Source: Hemiscyllium ocellatum
Taxonomy: Eukaryota
DNA: 64,000 bases
NCBI RefSeq assembly: GCF_020745735.1
Contig: NC_083417.1
Location: 72,602,001-72,666,000 of the forward strand
Reading direction: 5' to 3'
This document shows positions 51,607-64,000 of the stretch, piece after piece. A model generated the notes under the pieces. The model saw only the letters and a list, made by a program, of their open reading frames with translations. It was not told the origin of the DNA and searched no databases. Numbering within the stretch: the first letter of the stretch is position 1; every line of letters begins with the position of its first letter. The position numbers were made by a program, and so were the translations under genes.

Positions 51607-51878
51607 CCGTGTTGCCATTTGTTATGATGTGACTGACCGTGGAGGAAATTTGGAGAGTACTGTGGGATGCCATGCTGTTAAAAGCAGTTCTGGCTCGGAT
51701 TGCCTGCGTTTCTTCCAACCGACTGGATGCTTCGTATAGTCTGTTGTCTGTTGCTTGAATGACTGTACTGATTCCTTGTAGTTTTACTGCCACCTTTCCA
51801 GCAAGTAAAACTGATATCCCTCGGGTAAAAGGGAGGTATGGATCATAAAACAGCAAGGGTCACCGTTGGATCTTTCCT
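51607..51878 (-). pseudogene. dead C1 exon of an older paralog
   Basis: Homologous to 20233-20544 but more diverged. First Cys TGC>TGA (51843-51845), frameshift, donor GT>GG (51605-51606), and the 5' end/acceptor replaced by an insertion. Confidence 0.9.
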
Positions 51879-51879
51879 T

Positions 51880-53045
51880 GAAAATGTGTTGCTGGAAAAG
51901 CACAGCAGGTCAGGCAGCATCAAGGAGCAGGAGAATTGATGTTTCGGGCTTAAGCCTTACTTCAGGAATGAGGAGAGTGTGCCGAGCAGGCTAAGATAAA
52001 AGGTAGGGAGGAGGGACTTGGGGGAAGGGCGTTGGGAATGCGATAGGTGGAAGGAGGTTAAGGTGAGGGTGATATGCAGGAGAGGGGGCGGAGAGGTCGG
52101 GAAGAAGATTGCAGGTCAAGAAGGTGGTGCTAAGTCCGAGGTTTGGGACTGAGATATGGTGGGGAGAGGGGAAATGCGGAAGCTGGAGAAATCTGTATTC
52201 ATCCCTTGTGGCTGGAGTGTTCCTAGGTGGAAGATGAGGCGCTCTTCCTCTAGGCATCATGGCAATGGAGGAGGCCAAGTGCTTGCATGTCCTTGGCAGA
52301 GTGGGAGGGGGATTTAAAGTGTTCAGCAATGGGACGGTTAGGTTCGTTGTTGCAGGTGGCCCAGAGGTGTTCTCTGAAACATTCCGCAAGTAGGCGGCCT
52401 GTCTCCCCAATGTAAAGGAGGCCACATCGGGTGCAGCTGATGCAGTAAATGATGTGCGTGTTTGTGCAGGTGAATTTGTGATGGATATAGAAGGATCCCT
52501 TGGGGCCTTGGAGGGAAGTGAGGGGGGAGGTGTGGGCGCAAGTTTTGCATTTCTTGCAGTTGCAAGGGACGGTGACAGGAGTGGAGGTAGGATTAGTAGG
52601 GAGTGTGAACCTGATGAGGGAGTCGCAGAGGGAGTGGTCTTTCCGGAATGCTGATAAGGGAAGGGAGGAAAACATATCCTTGATGGTGGGGTCTGTTTGG
52701 AGGTGGCACAGTGATGAAATATGAGACGATGTGTCTGGAGGTTAGTGGGGTGGTAGGTGAGGACCAGTGGGGTTCTGTCCTGGTGGTGACTGGAGGGGCG
52801 GGTTTCGAGGGCGGAGGAGCAGAAAGTGGAGGAGATGTGGTGGAGAGCATCGTCAAGCACTTCCCACTTCTGAGGGGAAATTGTGGTCTTTGAAGAAGGA
52901 GGTCATTTGGGTTGTTCAGTATTGGTCCTCCAGGGAGCAGATGTGGTGGAGACGAAGGAATTTGGGAATATGGGATGGTGTTTTTACAGGAGGCAGGGAG
53001 GAGCAAGAGAATCGACGTTTTGGGCAAAAGCCCTTCATCAGGAAT
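51880..53045 (-). mobile_element. Penelope-like element 3' part with GIY-YIG endonuclease
   Basis: RTPLVLTYHP, PCNCKKCKTC, FTC..IIYCISCTRCGLLYIGETGR...REH, PIAEHF (ORFs 52250-52675 and 51991-52860). Confidence 0.9.
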
Positions 53046-56000
53046 GCTGCCTGACCTGCTGTACTTTTCCAGTCTCCTGTCCTTCGGATGTTGTCTGACC
53101 TGCTGTGCTTTTCCAGTTCCCTGCCCCTCAGATGCGGTCTGACCTGCTGTGCTTTTCCAGCACCACACTCTTGATTCTAGCCTCCAGCATCTGCAATCCT
53201 CACTTCCGCTTAAAAATAAGCCCATCAAGAAACGTCATCAACAAAAATAAACACAAATTGCTAGAGAAACCCAACAGGTCTTGCAGCATCTGTGAAAAAT
53301 CCCCAAAGAACTGTGGATGCTGGAAATCAGAAATAAAAACAGAAATTGTTGGAAACTCAGAAGGTCTGGCAACATCTGTGGAGAGAAAGAAGAGACAACG
53401 TTTCACCTCCAGAGATTTTTTTTTCAGACAAGATACGCAGTGTATCATTCCGCAGACAATTCCTTTGAACATGAAGTACAGGTTCATAGTTTCTTGAAAG
53501 TGGAGCTGCAGGTAGATAGGATAGTGGAGAATGCGTTTGGTATGCATTCCTTTATTGGTCAGAATATTGTGTACAGATCATGTTGAGACTGTACAGGACA
53601 TTGGTTTGGCTACTTTTGGAATATTGCGTGCAATTCTGGTCTCCTCCCTATCAGAAGGATGTCGTAAAACTTGAAAGGGTTCAGAAACAATTTACAAGGA
53701 TGTTGCTAGCATTGGAGGATTTGAGGTATAGGGAAAGGTTAAATAGGCTGGAGCTGTTTTCCCTGGAGCATCGGAGGCTAAGGTGTGATCTTATAGAGGT
53801 TCATAAAATCATGAGGGGCATGGATAGGATGAATAGACAAACGCTTTTCCCTGGGTTGGGCGATTCCAGAAATGTATGGCATCGTTTTAGAGTGAGAGGG
53901 GAAAGATATAAAAGAAACCTAAAGGCCAACACTTTCACACAGAGGGTGGTACGTGTATGGAATGAGCTGTCAGAGAAAGTGGTGGAGGTTGATATACTTG
54001 CAACATGTAAAAGTAATCTGGATGGGTATGTGAATAGTAAGGGTTTGGAGGGATATGTGGCAGGTGCTGGCAGGTGGGACTAGATTGTGTTGGGATATCT
54101 GGTCCAAAGGACGTGGACTGAAGGGTCTATTATCCGGGCTGTACATCTCTATGACTCTATTAAAACCAAAGAGTTAGAGGAAACGATTGTGTACCTGTCA
54201 TTCAAACTTTGTTGAAGTATTAGTCCCAGTTCTAAAAATCAATGTTTAACATCATGTCAGATCTATGGATATGTACTTGGCATCAGGTATCACAGTGGAA
54301 GACACCAGCAGCATACCAGAATTTCAAGAGATTCTGGAGGCAAAGGAGAATGCAGTGGCTGTTACATGCAAAATGTGCTGTGGAAGCTGAAAGATCTGAA
54401 GGAAGTTAAATCACCCATACCAGAACTACAGCCCTGAGTTCTCAAGGAGATAGTTAAGGAGATCATAGAGGCATTTGTGGTGATCGGTCAGGAATCGTTG
54501 GACTCAAGGACAATAGCTGAGGACTGGAAAATCGCTGGAGTTATACACCTTTTTAAGGGCAGCACGGTGGCTCAGCGGTTGGCACTGATTCCTCATACCG
54601 TCAGGGACCTGGGTTTGATTCCATTCCTGGGTGACTGTCTGTGTGGAGATTGCACATTCTCCCTGCGTCTGTGTGGGTTTCCTCAGGGTGCTGTGGCTTT
54701 TTTTCCCACAATCTAAAGATGTGCAGGTTCGGTAGATTGGACATAATAAATTACCCATAGCATTCAGAGATGTGTCAATTAGGCGCATTAGTCAGGGATA
54801 AATGTAGAGTAATAGGATAGGGGAACTGATCTGGGTGGCTTACTCCTCGGAGGGTCAGTGTGGACCTGTTGGACCAAATGGCCTGTTTCCACATTTTATG
54901 GATTCTATGAAGGGAGGCAGGCAACAGTTAGCAAACTATAATCTACATCATGAGGAAGAATTTAGAATTTTAGATTATTGAGTTCCTTATTAAGGACAAA
55001 TTAGCATGGTAACATAAAGCTGAATCAGCCTGACTTTGTAAGGGGTGGGTCATGTCAGACAAATCTAATAGAATTCTTTGCAGACGTAAAGAGCACATTC
55101 GAGAAAGGAAAACCAGTGGATGTGATCTATTTGGAGTTTCAGAAGGTGCCACGCAGGAGACTGCTCAATAGAATAAGAGCCCGTGGTGTTCGGAGCAAGG
55201 TATTGGCTTGGACAGAGGATTGGCTGAGTGGTAGAAGGTAGAGAACAGAGATAAAAGGGTGTTTTTAACAATGGCAGCCAGTGACTATTAGAGATCCACA
55301 GGGGTCAGTGTTGGCATCAAAAATATTCATAAACAATATTAACAATCAGGATGGAGGAACTAAGCTTGTGGATGTCACAAAGATTGCTGGAGGGAAAGGT
55401 CGAGTTCAGGAAGCTGGGAGACTGTGGAATGACTTGCACAGGATAGGAGAGTGGGTAAAGAAATGGCAGTTGGAATACAATACAGAAAAGTGTGAGGTTA
55501 TATATTTCAGTGGGAGAAATAGAGGCATAGAACTTTTTTATAAATGGTGAAAGATTTAGTAAAAGTGAAACACAAAGGGACTTGCGAATCTGGGTTCTGG
55601 ATTCTGGTAAAGTTTACATGCATGTTCAGGTGGTAGCTAAGACAGGAAATACAATATTAGTAACCATTTTCCGAGGGCTAGAATGCAAGCGCACCGATAC
55701 ACTGTTGATCAGCCTTCATTTGGAATCTTGTAAGTGGTTTTGGGCCACGTATCCAGGCACGTTTGAGCTGTTGTTGGAAGAGGTCCAGAAGATGTTTACA
55801 AGAATGATCCAGGTTTGTACTCTATGGAATTTAGAAGGATGAGGGGGCTTTTCATTGAAACGTTTGGGATACTGACAGGCCTGAATAGAGTGAATGTGGA
55901 GAAGATCATTTCACAAGAAGAAGTAATCTGGAGTCAAGAGCACAGTCTCAAAGTGAAGTACGGGACAGAAATGAGAAGGAATTGCAGCCCGAGGGTAGAT

Positions 56001-59000
56001 ATTCTGTAAATTGCGCTGCTGCATAAGGTTTCAGATGCAAAGTCATTGAGTGTATGTAAGACACATATGCACCATCCTCTAAGTGAAAAAGTTTCGCCTT
56101 ATGTATGTGTTTAAATTTTTCCCATCGCATCCTAAACCTATACCCTCTAGTTCTGGACTTCCCCGCCCCAGGGACATTTACCCTATCCATGTCTCTCATG
56201 ATTTTATAAACCTCTATAAGGTCACCCCTCAACCTGCGACACTCCAGTGACACTCCAGCGGAGAACTGCCCCAGGCTATTCAGCTTATCCAACTAGCTCT
56301 ATCCTCCAACCCTGGCAACATCCTTCTAAGTCTTTTCTGAACACTTCCAAGTTTCACAAGATCCTTCCAATAGGAGGAAGACCAGACATTCACAAAATAT
56401 TCCAAAAGTCGCCCAGCCATTGTTCTGTAAAACCGCAAATTGACAGGGTTGAGAACCACGTCAGCAATTATCAAATGCGGAGCATATGGGCTGAATGGTT
56501 GCACACTGCTCCTATATACTATGATCTAAGGTAAATGGATATTTTCATGAATGTATGTCTTTTAGGTTTGGAGAAATTGGAGAATTTCAGAAATGCACAT
56601 GAGAAAGGAAGAGAATAGCGTTAAAATCTAATCGACAGAAGAGAAGTGAAAACAGTTTTGTGTTAGCTGAGACTTCTTCATCAAGAAAATGCGTATTGAA
56701 TTGAATTAGGTTTATTTTCACATGTACTCAGATGAGTGCAGTGAAAAGTTCACCTGCAGCCATTGACTGTCCAATCTTAGGTACAAAGGTACCTTGGTAC
56801 AGAATCTCAGCAACATGTCAGAGGAGAGGGTAGTTGCTGAACAGGCAGAAATAGAATTCAGACGGTCTGTCAGGAAGGATACACAATTGATAGAGCAAAG
56901 TTAGGGGTTAATGCATGTCTGTTTCAATGCAAGGAGTGTCAGGAATAAGAGTGTTAAACTTCACGCATTGATCAGTACTTGGACCTACGATGTTGTGGTC
57001 ATAACAGAGACATGGACTTCACAGGAGCACGAATGGTTGCTGGATGTTCCAGGGTTTAGATCTTTTCAAAAGAACAGGGATGGGGGAAAAAGAGGCACTA
57101 GTCAGTTTCCACACTACTGTTGTTAGAATACTGAATGGACTTAAAAACTCTTAACATTCACCTGTACCTGTGTTTTCGTTTTTGCCACTGTTTACCTACT
57201 ACTTACTATCTATGCTACTTAACTATGTGATCTGTCTGTATTGATAGCAAGACAAAGATTTTCACTGTGCCTCAGTAGATGTGACCATAAATTCAAGAGG
57301 AGGGAGAGTCGCATTGCTGATGAGAGAGTCCATCACAGCTGCAGAAAAGGAGGATTTGTTTACTGTGTAAGTTTGGGTGGAAGTCAGTAACAGGAAAAGA
57401 GTAATCGCTTTATCGGTGTTTTCTAAAGACCCAACAATAACAACAGAGAGAAGAAAGAACAGGTTGGAAAGTATATCGCAGAAAGGTGGAGACAGAAATA
57501 TTGTTCTGCCTGACTTCAACTTCCCCAACATTGATTGAACTCTTTAGTGCAGATGGTCTGGATGGAGCTGATTTTGTCAGGTGTGTCCAGAAAGGATCCC
57601 AGACTCAAGACGTAGGTAAAATTAAAGTGGTGCTGGAAAAGCACAGCAGGTCAGGCAGCGTCTGAGGAGCAGGAAAATCGATGTTTCGAGCAGGAGCCCT
57701 TCACCATTCCTGATGCTGCCTGACCTGCTGTGCTTTTACAGCACCACTCTAACCTCGTCTCTGATCTCCAGCATCTGCAGTCCTCACTTTCACCTACTTA
57801 ATATGTAGGCAGACTGACTGGGGGGAGGCCACATTGGATTTGGTGCGAGGCAATGAGCCAGGTCAGATGTCAGATCTCTCGGTGGGAGAACGTTTTGGTG
57901 ACAGTGACCTCCTCACTTTTACCATAGCCATGGGGGGGAATAGGAACAGACAGTATGGGAAAGTATTTAACTGAGGGAGGAGAAATTACACTAAAATTAG
58001 ACAGGAACTGTGGAGTATAAATAGGGAACAATTGTTCTATGCGATATGCACAACGGAAATGTGGATGCTGTTGAAGGAGCACTTGTTGCGAGTGTTGGAT
58101 AACGTTGCCTGACTGAGACAGGCAAGGAATGGTAAAGTGAAGGAGCATTGGATGACAATAGAAGAGGAGTCTCTCGTCAAGAGAGTGAAGGAAACATATT
58201 TAAGGTTGAGGAAGCAAGGAGCTGGCACAGCTTTATACAATAAGAGGGTAATTTGAAAATAACTCAAAAGTGGACTGAGGAGAGCTAGGAGGGGGCACGA
58301 GAAAGCCTTAGCAGGAATAATTAGTGAAGACCCAAATGCAGTCTACACTTAATATGAGGATGATTTGAATGATCAGAGAGAGAGATTCGGTACAGATCAT
58401 GCCTCACAAGCTTTATTGAGTTCTTTGAGGATATGATGAGACAAATTGATGAAGATCGAGCAGTGGATGTGATGTATATGGATTTCAATAAGACATTTGA
58501 TAAGGTGCCCCACAGCAGAAGTTTGGAGGTATGAGACACAGGGACATGTGATTGTCTAGATACAGAAATGGCTGGCCAAAAGAAGAAGCAAATGGTAATG
58601 GATGGAAAGTATTCCACCTGGAGGTTAGTGGCCAGTGGTCTCCTGCAGAGATCTGTTCTTGGGCCTCTGTTCTTTGTAGCTTTTATAAATGACTTGGATG
58701 AAGTGGAAGGGTGGGTTAGTAGGGTTTTCAATGACACAATGTTCGGTTGTGTTGTAGATAGTGTTGCGGGTTTTGCAGGCTATAGCAAGACACTGCCAGG
58801 ATGCAGAGCTAGGCTGAGAAATAGCAGATGTATTTTAACCTGGATAAATGTGAAGCGATTCATTTTGGAAGATCGAATTTGAATGCCGAATGCAGGGTTA
58901 AAGACAGGATTCTTGGCAGAGTGGGAGAGCAACAGGTATTTGGTGTCCATGTACCTCAAAGTTGCCGTACATGTTGATAGGGTTGTTCAGGAGACATATG

Positions 59001-60254
59001 GCGTTTTGTCTTTCATTAATAGGGGGATTGAGTTTAAGAGCCAAGGGACTTTGCGGCAGCTCTATAAAACCCTGGTTAGAACACACTCGGAATATTGTGT
59101 TCAGTTCTAGTCGCCTCATTCTAGGATGCTTCAGAGAGGGTGCAGAGGAGATTTACAAGGTCGCTGCCTAGATTGGAGGGTATATCTTACGAAGAGAGGT
59201 TGAGTGAGTTTGGGCTTTTCACACTGGAGAGAAGTTAGAGAAGTGACTTGATCGAGGTGTAATGAGAGGCACAGGCAGAGTAGATAGCCAGAGACATTTC
59301 CCCAGGGCAGGAATGGCTGTCATGAATGGTAATAATTTTAAGGTGATTGGAAGAAGATACAGGGTAGATTTCAGAAGTAGGCAGGAAGTGGTGGGTGATG
59401 GAATGCACTGCCAGCGTTGGTAGTGAAGTCAGAGACATTAGGGACATTTAAGCAACTTCTGGAGAAGCATATGGTTGGCAATAAATTGAGGGATGCGTAG
59501 GTTAGGTTGATCTTAGATTAAGATAAATGCTCAGCACAACTTCGTGGGCCGAAAGGCCTGAATGCTGCTATGTTCTATGTCTTAGCTATATGTTGCAATA
59601 AAGGTATATATTTCTGATATTTTCAAGAAAGCGAAAATAAACAGAATCTTCTCCAGGTGAATTCTGATTTTCTGTCTAAAATCAAAGCATTTGCGCAGAA
59701 AATGTCAAATAAAATTTTGATTATTTTCTTGAAAAGAGCACATTTATCATTATAAAGAGCACTCTACATGGTCCTAGCAAGAAAAACGTAAAAGGTTGGG
59801 ACTTCTTTCCCGGGAGATTAGAAGGTTGAAAGATGACCTGATAGAAATTTATAAAATAATGAGGGGTACAGAAACGGTGAAGGGTAGTTGTCTTTTCCCG
59901 AGAATGGGCGATTTCAAAACTAGTGGCACATTTTTAAGTTGAGAGGAGGGAGATTTTAAAAAGGCATGAGGGGCAATGTTTTTACACAGAAGTTGGTTCG
60001 AATGTGGAATGAACTTCCTGAGGAAGTGATGGATGTGGGGGCAATTACATCGATTAAAACACATATGGATAAGTCCATCAATGGGAAATGTTTGGTGGAT
60101 TATGGACAAGAGCAGGCGGACGGGACTAGTTTAGTTTGGGATGAGGGTTGGCATGGACTGGTCGGACCTAAGGGTCTGTTTCTGTGCAGTATGATTCTAT
60201 GTATCACAGATTTGATGTGCGTTATTAATGATGTGGTTCCAGTAGAATTCTTAC

Positions 60255-60566
60255 CTGGGTTGCCATTCGTTACGATGTGACTGGCCACGGCTGAAATTTG
60301 GAGGGTGCTGTGGGATACCATGCAGGTATAAACAGTTCTGGCTCGGATTGCCTGTGTTTCTTCCAACCGGCTGTATGCTTCGTATAGTCTGTCGTCTATT
60401 GTTCGAATGACTGTACTGATTCCTGTTGTAGTTTTACTGCCATCTTTGTACCAAGTAAAGCTGATATCACTCGGGTAAAAAGGAGATGTGGAGCATAAAA
60501 CAGCAAGGGTCACGGATGGATCTTTTCCAGGCTGCTGAGAGAGAATATTCAGTGGAGTCGGTGGAA
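60255..60566 (-). CDS. Ig C1-set exon, copy B (open frame, splice sites intact)
   Basis: 312 nt; about 5 nt differences from copy A by eye. Confidence 0.85.
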
Positions 60567-62252
60567 CTAGGGAAGTGAACAGAAGGAAAAAAGAAAGTTA
60601 CCTCGACGTCAGAAGACGATTACAGCCCAATCTTTTGTTTCGGGCGATTGCTGGGCAGTTACTGTCCAGTTGTGGGGGAAGGTGCTCATAGAGGTGAGGG
60701 TTGAACAATGCGTGCTGTTTGTGTCGAGACGCGAACACCGCAAAGTATCAAAGGAAACATTAACTCATCCCCGGACAAAGCACGGGCAAGAGAACATGGA
60801 CCGCTGTTATTACAGACCTCAGTTTTTCTGTTGGAAATAACTGTCGAGAGGCTCCTGAATTGGATCCATGATGTGCTATCCCCGATGGTTCAATAAGGCA
60901 GCGTTGGAAACGACTTAACAACAGAGGGGAAAAGTAACTGATCCATAACTGACACAGAAGCCAATGGAGTCACTTACTTATTGCAAGGCAAAGGCACGTG
61001 GAACGTACAGGACGTGGCTTCAGCAGTTTTTAGATTTTAGAAATATCAGCCTTCAAAATTTTGATGTTTACACATTAAAACTACACCAGCAAAAAAAAAG
61101 GAGCCCGGAGTGTGGTGCTGGAAAAGCAGAGCAGGTCAGGCAGCATCCCATGAGCAGGAGAAACGACGTTTCAGGCAAAAAGCCCTTTATCAGGAATGCT
61201 GCCCGAACTGCTGTACTTTTCAAGTCTCCTGCTTCTCGGATGCTACCTGGCCTGCTCTGCTTTTCCTGTCTCCTGGCCCTAGGATGCTCCCTGACCTGCT
61301 GTGTCTTTCCAGTCTCCTGCCCCTCGGATACTCAATGACCTGCTGTGCTTTTCCAATCTCCTGCTTCTCGGATGCTGCCTGACCTGCTGTGCTTCTCCAG
61401 CACCACACTCTTGATTCTAGCCGCCAGCATCTGCAATCCTCACCTTTGCTTAAAAATACACCCGTCAAGAAATGTCATCAACAAAAATAAACAAACATTG
61501 CTGGAGAAATTCAACCAGTCTGGCAGCATCTGTGAAAAAGGCAGGGTTAAAACGTGGGCACCAGGGAACCTTCTTCTGAACTATCAACTATGAGCAAAGA
61601 GGATGTCAAAAATAAATCAACAAATATGATCAAATCTGTGTCACCCGCGACGGGCTATTACTCTTCACCAATATCATTGAAAAAATTGTCGGAGCAAATT
61701 TTTCCAGACACTGGAATCTTTACTGAAAGCAACAAATGCTGGCGATCACAGCAGGTCAGACAGCATCCGTGGAGAGAGAGCAAGTTAACGTTTAGATGAC
61801 CCTGGATAAGGGCATGTATCTTTTCATCATATTTCAAGAGTGCTTGAGTTTCCTGCTTATGTCCCACGGCTGTATAATTCAGGTACATTTGATGACACAT
61901 CATTCTAAACTATTGAAACACTGAACATGAAGGACAGCAGTCAGTGGTGCAATTTAACTGTAGGCATGTATTAGGAACTGTGGAGATGTCTCCAAGGAGA
62001 GCACGCACACCTCCTGCCATTCGGACCTGCTTGGACACTATGTCACCCAAAACATACAGCAACGTTGCTGACTCTCAATAACTCTCCCAGTTGAACAAGG
62101 AAACCACTCAGTTCAAGGATAATTGCGGTTGGACAAAAATGTTAACTTGCCATTGAAGAACATACAACATCAAATACATTGTTAATAAATCCTGTAATGT
62201 GAACTTTTCCAAGCACACCTGAGAATTGCTTAACTTTCACTTTCATACATAC

Positions 62253-62573
62253 CCAACACTGTTAAATTGGACCCTGTTCCGTTTCCAATCAATTTGCCTT
62301 GACGGACGATTGTGCAATAGTACATTCCTCTGTCCTGTACATTGACATTGAATATCTGAAGGAAGCCACTGTATTTATTTTTGCGGCCAGTTACTTTTCG
62401 TTCATCTTGTTCCACGTTGAGATAATGAGGATCACCTTGCTTCCACCAGATTACCTTGACAGCTTGGTCGATTTGAAAAGAATGAAGTCAGCACTGGAAG
62501 GACACATTTGCACCCACAGGTTCAGTCACGTTCACTGGTAACTGGGTCACTTTATCCCTGATTACTCCAGACA
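62253..62573 (-). pseudogene. VJ exon, copy B, with nonsense codon
   Basis: 321 nt, splice sites intact. TGG>TGA at 62488-62490, immediately after the first Cys. Confidence 0.88.
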
Positions 62574-62751
62574 CTAGAGAAAGAGACAGTCACACACAAA
62601 TTAGCAAGATTAAATAAAAGAGTTAAAAGAGTGCAGTTCAGAAATTGACTTAAACTGTCCAAAGGAGAACAGTACAGAATATATTAAATAAAGATTAAAT
62701 AAGAGCTCGACTTTATGGAAAGGCAGTATACTGTAGAAAGAGAGAAAATAC

Positions 62752-62804
62752 CTGGGAAAATTGCTGTCTGAAAAAAGACAGAAAAGTGCAATACTCAGGA
62801 ACAT
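62752..62804 (-). pseudogene. leader exon, copy B, 2-nt deletion
   Basis: 53 nt versus 55 nt in copy A (TGTCTCTTTTTT > TGTCTTTTTT), which makes it phase 2 and out of frame with V. Confidence 0.8.
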
Positions 62805-64000
62805 GTTGGTGTATTTGCCAGAGAGACAGAGCGTGAACTGGCTGATAATTTGCAAGAAGTTGAAAGTACAGTTGGACAGATAGTGTCAAAGTGCAGCGTA
62901 ACATCCGGTTCAATGATCTGGACCGTGATTTTATTTTGTTCCTTTTGCTGAAGTTCAGTGCAACAGTTCGTCATTCGCTGTGTACGGCTCGAGTTGATCA
63001 TTCAAGCCAGTATTTCCCTCTGTAGGGGACGTGTGGACTGTATGAGAGAACAAACATAGAGCATAAACATAGAACAGTATAGCACAGAACAGGCCTTTCA
63101 AGCCACGATGTTGTGCCAACCACTGATCCTCATGTATGCACCCTCAAACTTCTGTGACCATATGCATGTCCAGTAGTCTGTGTGTTCTTTCAAATTATCA
63201 CATTTAAAATTCCTAACAGCCACACCCACCTCCCCCAATCCCCATCCCGCGATATACGAACAACACTCTAGGTTGCATATTTTAAAAAAGATCAAATACT
63301 TTGATTCCCCACCTTTCGAGGAAGTGTGATGCGATGCAAACATATTGGTCTATCGGTGTGAGAAAAAGACATTCTCCTCAGCGAATTGTCACACTGAGGA
63401 CTCTGAGTTTCTGCAACTGCCATTAATTCTCCAATCTCCCTCAACTGTAAATATTCTGGCAACATGCACCCTGCCAAGACCCACTTTGGATTCTGTACGT
63501 TTCAGTCAATTTGACTTATTCTTCTATAAGCTTCATCTGGACTTTCCAATCGTCATAAATCAATGGGTCGCTTCGAAATATTATTCTGGTAAATCATCTC
63601 TGGCCTGCTCTCAAAGCCTTTTCATCTTTCCTTAAATAACAAGATCACTATTATATGAATGATGCCAGATATTATCTCACTAATACCATGTGCACTAAAC
63701 ATAACCTCCTTACTTTTCTGTTTTTCATGAATGATCTGGGGGACCTGCCAAACGGAAATCATGGATGAACCGGGAGATCCAATCCATACTGAAGGCCGGG
63801 TTAGAGCAGTACAAGTCGGGCAGCTCTGGGCTATAGGGGAAATCCAGTTATGACCTTCAGAAGACCATCAGAGATGCAAGATGTAATACAAATCTAAGCT
63901 TGACATCCAGACCAACCACACGGACAGCTATCATTTGTGGCAAGGCTTGTATCAGCTTACAAATGAAAGACAAACAGAATTGCAGGCAATACTGCGCTCC

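Larger units (their letters stand above)
53296..64000. repeat. segmental duplication unit 2 (runs off the window end)
   Basis: Colinear with 13460-23932. The last bases ...GCAGGCAATACTGCGCTCC match 23914-23932. Confidence 0.95.

Noticed and set aside
61196-61410. CRISPR-like array
   Set aside because: Head-to-tail degenerate units with no unique spacers, eukaryotic context and no cas genes.

Overview
Eukaryotic, repeat-rich DNA from a cartilaginous fish, inferred from HE1-type V-SINEs, abundant CR1 LINEs and Penelope-like elements. Much of the window is TE debris. On the minus strand, hidden among the repeats, is a small cluster of spliced, non-rearranging antigen-receptor-like Ig-superfamily genes. 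Their architecture is leader / germline-joined VJ domain / C1-set domain / TM. Copy A (L 22684-22738, VJ 22185-22505, C1 20233-20544, candidate uncharged TM 9947-10057) is intact and in frame across all junctions. Copy B (L 62752-62804, VJ 62253-62573, C1 60255-60566) lies in a recent duplicate of at least 10.5 kb (13460-23932 vs 53296-64000). It has a leader frameshift and a V nonsense codon. It is fused upstream of an older paralog's remains: a dead C1 at 51607-51878 and an NKp30-like Arg-containing TM/short-tail exon at 45596-45738. Nearly identical ectodomains therefore sit upstream of two different tails, as in paired receptors. Several heavily decayed V- and C1-like relics on the same strand lie at 29-41 kb (low confidence). 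There is also one nearly intact CR1 (46.3-49.8 kb), a Penelope GIY-YIG remnant, and short Penelope-derived elements carrying minimal hammerhead-ribozyme cores. All alignments and translations were done by eye; repeat boundaries are approximate.
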